From Rhodospirillales bacterium (GTDB lineage Bacteria; Pseudomonadota; Alphaproteobacteria; Rhodospirillales; Casp-alpha2), in the NCBI GenBank assembly GCA_040221095.1, contig JAVJVP010000017.1:21708-85707 (forward strand): DNA of 64,000 nt. The letters are read 5' to 3'. The notes below the pieces were generated by a model. The model did no database searches and was not told the origin of the DNA. It was given only the letters and a program-made list of their open reading frames with translations. A program made the translations under genes and the position numbers. How positions within the stretch are numbered: position 1 is the stretch's first letter; each line of letters begins with the position of its first letter. Below are positions 57,036-64,000 of this stretch, piece by piece.

Positions 57036-60000
57036 CTATTCCGCCGGGGCGCGGCCCGGCTCGGCGCCGCCGGACGCCCCCCGGATGGCCTTGGTCGGGA
57101 ACAGGCGGTCCAGGTAGATATAGACCACGGGCGTCAGGTAGAGCGTGATGACCTGCGACATCAGCAGGCCGCCGACCACGGTCAGGCCCAATGGTGCCCG
57201 CGCCTCGCCGCCCTGGCCGAAGCCGACGGCGATGGGGAGCGAGCCCATGAGGGCGGCCATGGTCGTCATCATGATCGGGCGGAACCGGATCAGGCAGGCC
57301 TGATAGATCGCCTCGTCGGGACTCAGGCTGTCCTCGCGCTGCGCCGACAGGGCGAAGTCGATCATCATGATCGCGTTCTTCTTGACGATGCCGACCAGCA
57401 TGATGATGCCGACGAAGCCATAGAGTGTCAGCGGCATGTCGAAGGCCATGAGCGCCAACAACGCCCCCACGCCCGCCGCCGGCAGGCCCGACAGGATGGT
57501 CAGCGGGTGGATGAAGCTTTCATAGAGAATGCCGAGCACGATGTAGACGACGATGATGGCGAGTGCGAGCAGCATGCCCATGCCGGCCAGAGATTCCTGG
57601 AACACCTTGGCCGTGCCCTGGAAACTGGTGGTCAGGGTCGCCGGTACCTGAATTTCGCGTTCCAGCGCGTGGACCCGGTCGATGGCCGTGCCCAGAGAAA
57701 CCTCGGGCGCCAGGTTGAACGAAATCGTCACGGCGGGGATCTGGCCCTGGTGGCTGATGGTCAGGGGCGACACGCCGCGGGTCAGGGTGGCGACGGCGGC
57801 CAACGGCACCAGGCGGTCGCCGGGCGCGCGGATATAGAGCTTCTCCAACGCCTTCGGGTCTTTCTGGAATTCAGGCGCGACCTCCAGGATCACCGCGTAC
57901 TGGTTGGCGGCCGTATAGATGGTCGACACCTTGCGTCCGCCATAGGCGTTGGCCAGCACGGCTTCGATCTCGTCCGCCTTGATGCCCATGATGCCCGCAC
58001 GGTCGCGGTCGATGTCGACGACCAGCGAGGGACTTCTGATCTTCAGGTCCGTGGTCACGTCCTGGAAACCGGGTAATTTGCCCAGTTCGGCGGCCATGAC
58101 CTCGGCCCATTTGTAGAGGGATTCCAGGTCCAGATCCTGCAGGGTGTACTGGTACTGGGCGTTGGACAGGCGGCCGCCGACCCGGATCGCCGGCGGGTTG
58201 CGCACGAAGGACTTGATGCCGGCGACCTTGTTCAGCTTGCGCCGCAGATTCTGCACCACGTCGTTGATGTTGGCGTCGGGCCGGGCGTGGCGCGGCTTCA
58301 GGCGCAGGAACAACAGGCCCGCGTTGTTGGTGATGCGGCTGCCGGCGGCGCCCACGCGCGACATGGTCGCGGCGACGTTGGGGTCGCTGTTGACGATGTC
58401 GGCGACCTCTTTCTGATAGCGCTTCATGGCGTCGAACGACACGTCCTGGCCGCCTTCCGTGTAGATGATCAGGCGGCCGGTGTCCTCGGCCGGAAGAAAA
58501 TCCTTCTGGATCAAGGCGTAGAGCCCCCAGGTCCCGACCAGGGTGCCGAGGAACACGGCCAGCACGAACGGCTTGCGCTTGAGGCACCACAGCAGGGAGA
58601 CGTCATAGCCGTGCAGCATGGCATCGAACGCGCGCTCGGTCATCGCCATGAAACCGTGTTTTGGCTTTTCCGCGCTATGGGCCGCATCGGCAATCCAGCG
58701 GCTGCACATCATCGGGGTGAGCATCAGCGACACGATGCCTGAGACGATGATCGTCACGCTGATGGTCATGGCGAATTCGTGCAACAGACGTCCGACCATG
58801 CCGCCCATGAACATTACGGGGATGAACACGGCGACCAGCGACAGAGTCATGGACAGGATGGTGAAGCCGATTTCCTTGGAGCCCTTCAGCGCCGCCTCCA
58901 TGGCGGACAGGCCCTTTTCCTTGTGGCGGATGATGTTTTCCAGCATGACGATGGCGTCGTCGACCACGAAGCCGACGGACAACGTCAGGGCCAGAAGGCT
59001 CAGGTTGTTGAGTGAAAAGCCCATCACGTACATGACCGAGAACGTCCCGATCACCGAGATCGGCAGGGCGACGCTGGCGATCACCGTGGCGGCCAGATTG
59101 CGCAGGAACAGGAAGATCACCAGCACGACCAGGGCCGCGGCCAGCATCAGCGTGAACTCCACGTCCAGGATCGATTCTTCGATCGATTGGGCACGGTCGT
59201 ACATAACTTCCAGGTTCACGGACTCGGGCAGTTGCTGACGGAACACGGGCAGGATGTCGTTGATCTGCTTGACGATCTGCACGGTGTTGGAGCCGGGCTG
59301 GCGGTAGACCGCCAGCATGATGCCCTGGCGGTCGCCGAAGTATGTCGCGACGCGGGTCGCCTCGACCCCGTCGATGGCCTTGCCGATTTCCGACAGGCGC
59401 ACGGGGGCGCCGTTGCGGTAGGCGACGATCAGCCTGTTATAGGCGGCGGCGTTGCTCATCTGGCCCGTGGTCTTCACGGCGACGGCACGGTCGGGACCGT
59501 TCAGGGTGCCGGTCGGCTGATAGCTGTTGCCGCCGCGGATGGCCTGTTCGACCTCGCCGATGGCGATGCCGCGGGTGGCCAGGGCGTCCGGGTCGACCTG
59601 GGCACGCACGGCGAATTTCTGCTGGCCCCAGATCTGCACCTGGGCGACGCCGCCGATGGTCGATAGCTGCTGCGCCAGCATGGTTTCCGCGAATTCGTTG
59701 ACCATGGAGATCGGCAGCGTGTCCGACGACAGTCCGATGTAGAAGATGGCGAAGTCGGCGGGGTTGATCTTGCGGAACGACGGCGGGTCCGCCATGTCGT
59801 CGGGCAGGGAGCGCAGCGCCGTTGAAATCGCCGACTGAACATCCAGCGCCGCGGCGTCGATGTTGCGGTCCAGATCGAACTCAAGGGTGATGCGCGACGT
59901 GCCCGAGGCGCTGATCGAGGTCATGTTGCGCACCCCTGCGATGCGCGAGAACTGACCTTCGAGCGTCGTCGCCACGGCGGCGGCCATGGTTTCCGGGTTG

Positions 60001-60161
60001 GCCCCGGGCAGCGAGGCCGTGACCTCGATGGTCGGATAGTCGACGTTGGGCAGTTCCGAGACCGGCAGGACGCGGTAGGCGAACACCCCGAACAGGACAA
60101 GCCCCAGCATGACGAGGGTCGTCATGACCGGCCTGCGGATGCAAAGCTCGGACAAATTCAT
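57036..60161 (-). CDS. RND efflux transporter, inner-membrane permease (AcrB/MdtC-like)
   Basis: MNLSELCIRRPVMTTLVMLGLVLFG...YPTIEVTASLPGANPETM. 1041 aa with 12-TM architecture. Confidence 0.93.
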   Translation of the reverse strand: MNLSELCIRRPVMTTLVMLGLVLFGVFAYRVLPVSELPNVDYPTIEVTASLPGANPETMAAAVATTLEGQFSRIAGVRNMTSISASGTSRITLEFDLDRNIDAAALDVQSAISTALRSLPDDMADPPSFRKINPADFAIFYIGLSSDTLPISMVNEFAETMLAQQLSTIGGVAQVQIWGQQKFAVRAQVDPDALATRGIAIGEVEQAIRGGNSYQPTGTLNGPDRAVAVKTTGQMSNAAAYNRLIVAYRNGAPVRLSEIGKAIDGVEATRVATYFGDRQGIMLAVYRQPGSNTVQIVKQINDILPVFRQQLPESVNLEVMYDRAQSIEESILDVEFTLMLAAALVVLVIFLFLRNLAATVIASVALPISVIGTFSVMYVMGFSLNNLSLLALTLSVGFVVDDAIVMLENIIRHKEKGLSAMEAALKGSKEIGFTILSMTLSLVAVFIPVMFMGGMVGRLLHEFAMTISVTIIVSGIVSLMLTPMMCSRWIADAAHSAEKPKHGFMAMTERAFDAMLHGYDVSLLWCLKRKPFVLAVFLGTLVGTWGLYALIQKDFLPAEDTGRLIIYTEGGQDVSFDAMKRYQKEVADIVNSDPNVAATMSRVGAAGSRITNNAGLLFLRLKPRHARPDANINDVVQNLRRKLNKVAGIKSFVRNPPAIRVGGRLSNAQYQYTLQDLDLESLYKWAEVMAAELGKLPGFQDVTTDLKIRSPSLVVDIDRDRAGIMGIKADEIEAVLANAYGGRKVSTIYTAANQYAVILEVAPEFQKDPKALEKLYIRAPGDRLVPLAAVATLTRGVSPLTISHQGQIPAVTISFNLAPEVSLGTAIDRVHALEREIQVPATLTTSFQGTAKVFQESLAGMGMLLALAIIVVYIVLGILYESFIHPLTILSGLPAAGVGALLALMAFDMPLTLYGFVGIIMLVGIVKKNAIMMIDFALSAQREDSLSPDEAIYQACLIRFRPIMMTTMAALMGSLPIAVGFGQGGEARAPLGLTVVGGLLMSQVITLYLTPVVYIYLDRLFPTKAIRGASGGAEPGRAPAE

Positions 60162-60222
60162 CGTTCGTTCCGCGGCCTGTTCGGTCCGCTCCTTCCCGGG
60201 GCGCTGCGGGGCGTGGCCCCGG

Positions 60223-61440
60223 TCAGCCGCCCGCCTTGCCCGCGCCGCCGGCCGCTGCCGGCGCCGCGTCGCCTGTTTTCTTTTCGCCCTTGGTCCCCTT
60301 GGCGCCGTCCATTTTGAACGTCACCTTGGCGCCCTTGAACAGGCGCAACTGGCCGTCGGTGACGACCGTATCGCCCGGTTTCAGGGCATCGCCGATGGCG
60401 ACGAAATCGTCGATCGACGGACCCAGAACCACCGGCCGGGGCTGCACCGTCATGTCGGCCGGATTGACGACGAAGACGTAATTGCCTTTCTGGCCGCTCT
60501 GCACGGCCCGTTCGGGCACCACGGATGCATCCTGGATCGAGTCCATTTCGATGACGACGCGCACGAACTGCCCCGGGGTCAGGAACCCGTCGGCGTTATC
60601 GAATTCAGCCTTCAGCAGGATCGTGCCGGTTTGCGTGTCGACGGCGTTGTTGATGAACACGACGCGGCCGCGGTTCGGTGGGCGGTTGCTGTCGGGCACG
60701 GCGGCCTCGACGGCGAGGGAGCCTTCGGCGAGGCGGCGCTTGATTTCGGCCAAATGCCCCTCGGGGACGGACAGGGCCGCCAGGATGGGGTTGACCTGGT
60801 TGATGACCACCAGGGCCTGCTGGTCATCGGCCTTGACCAGATTGCCGGCCTGGACCAGGACGCTGCCCGTGCGCCCGTCCAAGGGGGCCCGGATGGTCGT
60901 GAATTCCAGGTTCAGTTTGGCCAGGTCGACGGTGGCCTGGCCGGCGCGGATGGTTGCTGACAGGCTGTTCACCGCGGCCCGCGCTTCCTCGAACTTCTGC
61001 TGTGACGAAAAGCCCTTGCCGCTGAGCGACTGGTAGCGCTGATAATCGCCCTGCGCCTTTTCCAGATTTGCGCGGTCGCGGGCCAGGTTGGCCTCGGCCT
61101 CGCGCAGGCGGGCCTGGAACGGACGGGGGTCGATGTGGAACAGGGGGGCATCCTTGGCCACGGTTTGGCCTTCGGTAAAGGCCGTTTCCATGATCTGGCC
61201 ATCAACCCGTGATCGCACGGAAACCGTGGCCAGGGCCTGGATGGTGCCGATGGCGTGTATCGTGACCGGCATGGTGCGGGTCGTCACCTTGGTGACGACA
61301 ACCGGTGTCGCTGGCTTGCCGCCCGCCTTGGCCGCCGGTTTATCGGCGGCAGGCCCGCCGGCCAGCATGAAATAGGCACCCGTGCCGACCGCAATCAGCA
61401 GTGCGCCAAGCGCCACGCGCCGAGACGAAAACGTCTTCAT
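60223..61440 (-). CDS. RND efflux periplasmic adaptor (membrane fusion protein)
   Basis: Lipoyl/hairpin blocks SRVDGQI, IRAPLDGRTG, and a beta-barrel C-terminus. ATG at 61440. Confidence 0.9.
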   Translation of the reverse strand: MKTFSSRRVALGALLIAVGTGAYFMLAGGPAADKPAAKAGGKPATPVVVTKVTTRTMPVTIHAIGTIQALATVSVRSRVDGQIMETAFTEGQTVAKDAPLFHIDPRPFQARLREAEANLARDRANLEKAQGDYQRYQSLSGKGFSSQQKFEEARAAVNSLSATIRAGQATVDLAKLNLEFTTIRAPLDGRTGSVLVQAGNLVKADDQQALVVINQVNPILAALSVPEGHLAEIKRRLAEGSLAVEAAVPDSNRPPNRGRVVFINNAVDTQTGTILLKAEFDNADGFLTPGQFVRVVIEMDSIQDASVVPERAVQSGQKGNYVFVVNPADMTVQPRPVVLGPSIDDFVAIGDALKPGDTVVTDGQLRLFKGAKVTFKMDGAKGTKGEKKTGDAAPAAAGGAGKAGG

Positions 61441-61522
61441 TGAATTTCGGTGGTTCCGTTCCCCGGAGGAAAGTATCAGTACATGCAAATATTAGGTCAA
61501 ACCACTTCTGTTTGCGAGCGGG

Positions 61523-61545
61523 CAATTGTAACCAATTGTATACAA
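61523..61545. promoter_or_regulatory. Direct repeat caattgta-ac-caattgta overlapping the palindrome ttgtatacaa, upstream of the RND operon
   Basis: Read directly. About 85-105 nt upstream of the adaptor ATG (minus strand). Confidence 0.3.
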
Positions 61546-61831
61546 CCAGGCCGCATTTCCGACCCGCTCTTACACCGCCTCCCGGACTGAAACCTGATGA
61601 TTATGCAGATAAAGGTCCTACATCTTCAGGCATATATTAAATAAAACAAATGCAACCATATAATTAGGCGCTTTTGAGCTCAATGCCGAGTTCCAGGACC
61701 GGTCTGTCGATGTCGCATCGCAGAGGAAGGACCGTTCTCGCCATGGCTGTGTCGGCAGGAAGGGAAACTTCCGATACCGGAGGCACAGTAGATCGCGGTT
61801 CGAACGAATGGTCGCCTCGAAGGAGGCAGTA

Positions 61832-63880
61832 ATGACGAATACGAACGCATATACACGCCTGGCTTTCGGCCGCTTGGCCGATCTCAAGTTGATCGTGAAG
61901 ATGATCGGCGGGTTTACCGCTGTCGTTACCGTATTTCTGATCGTGATCGGGCTGTCCTACGGCGCCTTGGTCAAGATCGGCCACGAGGTCGAGGAGATGG
62001 AAACCGCGGCCGTGGAGCTTGCCTTGGCGGCCAATGTGGAACTTCAGTTCCTGAAAATGTCTCGCGCCGCCCGTGAATTCGTGCAGAAGGGCGACGCCGC
62101 GTCCGAAGCGATGACGGCCAAGTATTCGGATGAAATGCGCAAGTCGCTCACCGCTGCCCAGGCAGGCATTACCATCGAGGCGCACCGCGCCGTGATCGTC
62201 GAGATCAACAAGGCGTTCGAACATTATGCCGATGGGTTCGGCCAGGTCGCCAAGTTGCGGCACGACCACGATGCCTATATCGCCGACCAGCTTGATCCCA
62301 CGGGCGATAAGATGATCGTCGATCTGGACGAACTTCTCGCCGGCGCCCAGGCGGCGAACAACCAGCCCCTGATCAATGAAAGCCTGATCGCGCGGGAACA
62401 CGCCTTTTTGATTCAAGTCTATGTCGGACGTCTGTTGCTGGAGGGCAAGCCCGCTTACGGCGAGAAGATTTCGGCCGAGTTCGAGACGTTCTCCCGCACT
62501 CTCAATCAGATGGCGGCGGTTCTGCAGACCGAAGAGGAACGCAAACTTCTGAATGAACTCAAGGAACTGCGTGATACCTACCACCAGGTCTTTGAGAAGG
62601 TGCGTCACGGCGAAGAGGAGCTGAGCCGCCTGATGGACCGGGAAATGCCCAAGTATGCGGCGGACATCATTTCAGCCGCGGAAGGGCTTGAGCATGAGGC
62701 GTCGAAGCATGAACACGAGGTCGCTGAGCAGGCCCGCCACGACATCGCCACGGCGGAACGGAATCTGCTGGTAATCGCTGCTGTGGGGACGGTGCTGGGC
62801 ATCGGCCTGGCGATCATCCTGGGCCGCGGAATCTCTGGCCCTGTGCAGTCGATGACGGATGCCATGACGCGGCTGGCGGGTGGTGATCTGGAGGCCGAAA
62901 TTCCGGCCCAGGGCCGCCGTGACGAGATCGGGGCCATGGCGGCGGCCGTTCAGGTGTTCAAGGACAACGCCATCGAGGTCAAACGCCTGGAAGGGGAGCA
63001 GGCCGAGGCCAAGGCCCGGGCCGAGGCGGACAAGCGCGCGGCCCTGAACCATCTGGCCGACGAATTTTCCGGCAGCGTGGGCGAGGTGGTCGACGCCCTG
63101 ACGTCGGCGTCGGCGCAGTTGGAGGCCTCCGCCAGGCAATTACACAACACGGCCGATCATACCAACGAACAGTCCGCCGTGGTTGCTTCCGCGTCGGAGC
63201 AGGCGACGACCAACACGCAGACGGTGTCGTCCGCCGCCGAGGAACTGGCCCATTCCATCCAGGAAATCACCCGGCAGGTCACGCAATCAACACGCGTGGC
63301 GGACGAGGCTTCGGCCAGTGCCCAGGCGGCGAATGAAAAGGTCAAGGGATTGGTTCGGTCGGCCCAACGGGTCGGTGAAGTGGTGGAAATCATCACTGAC
63401 ATCGCGCAGCAAACCAACATGCTGGCGCTCAACGCGACGATCGAGGCGGCGCGGGCCGGCGACGCCGGCAAGGGCTTCGCCGTGGTTGCGGGCGAGGTCA
63501 AGGCGCTGGCCACGCAGACCGCCAAGGCGACGGACGAAATCGCCGCCCAGGTCGCGGAAATCCAGGCCGCGACACAGGACGCGGTCGGCGTGATCGGAGG
63601 CATCGGTGACGTGATCAACAAGATCAACGAGATCACGGCCAGCATCGCTTCCGCCGTCGAGGAACAGGCGGCGGCGACGCAGGAAATCGCCCGCAACGTG
63701 GAACAGGCGGCGACCGGCGCCAAGACGGTCAACCAGACGATCCATCAGGTCAGTATATCCGCCAAGGAAACCGGGCAGTCGGCGGGCGGCATCCTGACCG
63801 CCGCCAACGACCTGTCCAACCGGTCGACGGTACTGAAATCCTCGGTCGATACGTTCCTGGAGAAAGTGCGCGCGGGCTGA
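61832..63880 (+). CDS. Methyl-accepting chemotaxis protein
   Basis: aggagg lies 6 nt before the ATG. TM, helical sensor, [39 protein letters not shown]. Confidence 0.9.
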   Translation: MTNTNAYTRLAFGRLADLKLIVKMIGGFTAVVTVFLIVIGLSYGALVKIGHEVEEMETAAVELALAANVELQFLKMSRAAREFVQKGDAASEAMTAKYSDEMRKSLTAAQAGITIEAHRAVIVEINKAFEHYADGFGQVAKLRHDHDAYIADQLDPTGDKMIVDLDELLAGAQAANNQPLINESLIAREHAFLIQVYVGRLLLEGKPAYGEKISAEFETFSRTLNQMAAVLQTEEERKLLNELKELRDTYHQVFEKVRHGEEELSRLMDREMPKYAADIISAAEGLEHEASKHEHEVAEQARHDIATAERNLLVIAAVGTVLGIGLAIILGRGISGPVQSMTDAMTRLAGGDLEAEIPAQGRRDEIGAMAAAVQVFKDNAIEVKRLEGEQAEAKARAEADKRAALNHLADEFSGSVGEVVDALTSASAQLEASARQLHNTADHTNEQSAVVASASEQATTNTQTVSSAAEELAHSIQEITRQVTQSTRVADEASASAQAANEKVKGLVRSAQRVGEVVEIITDIAQQTNMLALNATIEAARAGDAGKGFAVVAGEVKALATQTAKATDEIAAQVAEIQAATQDAVGVIGGIGDVINKINEITASIASAVEEQAAATQEIARNVEQAATGAKTVNQTIHQVSISAKETGQSAGGILTAANDLSNRSTVLKSSVDTFLEKVRAG

Positions 63881-63890
63881 CCCGCGGCGT

Positions 63891-64000
63891 TATTTCGACA
63901 GGCGCAATTCGGTCAGATGGTTGGCGACTTCGCGGAACACGGTCTGCAATTCCGCCGCTCCCGGGGCCAGATGGTAATAGGGGGCGTCGGGGCCGCTCGC
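63891..64000 (-). CDS. 3' end of an unidentified gene running off the window
   Basis: The reverse strand translates to ...ASGPDAPYYHLAPGAAELQTVFREVANHLTELRLSK-stop with coding-like GC3. Too short to name. Confidence 0.3.

Noticed and set aside
61618-61887. 89-aa minus-strand ORF in the AT-rich region upstream of the second MCP
   Set aside because: It has atypical low-GC codon usage for this genome and no SD. It overlaps the MCP start and its strong SD, so it is most likely non-coding promoter or leader DNA.

Overview
Visibly GC-rich, densely packed chromosomal segment that looks alphaproteobacterial, probably Rhodospirillales-like. That placement is an inference from ATP12, DUF1489, ELM1-like and DUF1457/PAS genes, CtrA-type boxes and multiple MCPs. 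I call about 65 protein genes on both strands and one tRNA-Leu(GAG). I saw no rRNA, CRISPR array, transposase, integrase or phage genes, and no recognisable defence system. Content is mostly housekeeping and catabolic: split propionyl-CoA carboxylase genes (pccB and pccA about 11 kb apart), lipB, pyrE, mgtE, a thiolase/enoyl-CoA hydratase operon behind a MerR/LiuR-like regulator, an N-carbamoyl-D-amino-acid hydrolase, an Old Yellow Enzyme with an HxlR regulator, an oligopeptide-type ABC importer, an RND efflux pair, two MCPs, two AsmA-like envelope proteins and tandem OmpA lipoproteins. I did not find an unambiguous novel system. The observations most worth follow-up are listed here. (1) Two paralogous CheY-like receivers share an Arg-rich GPDRRRR C-terminal tail (Cle-like c-di-GMP effector candidates), one next to an orphan Hpt gene and the other behind paired TTAACCAT CtrA-type boxes. 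(2) A 10-gene operon sits behind a perfect 16-bp palindrome and a LiuR-like regulator, but has non-canonical content including two tandem unknown membrane proteins. (3) A DUF559 endonuclease-fold gene with inverted GC-rich palindromic elements is inserted antisense inside an ATPase-less ABC operon. (4) A promoter-to-terminator intergenic unit with CU-rich anti-SD-like motifs is a candidate sRNA. (5) A GntR / EctD-like dioxygenase / SAF-domain dehydrogenase module has a near-consensus promoter. (6) An orphan TadE pair carries NGNG Asp-rich loops. All start codons are chosen by eye (SD spacing, homology to family N-termini) and may be off by a few codons. Long GC-driven antisense ORFs in the track were rejected.
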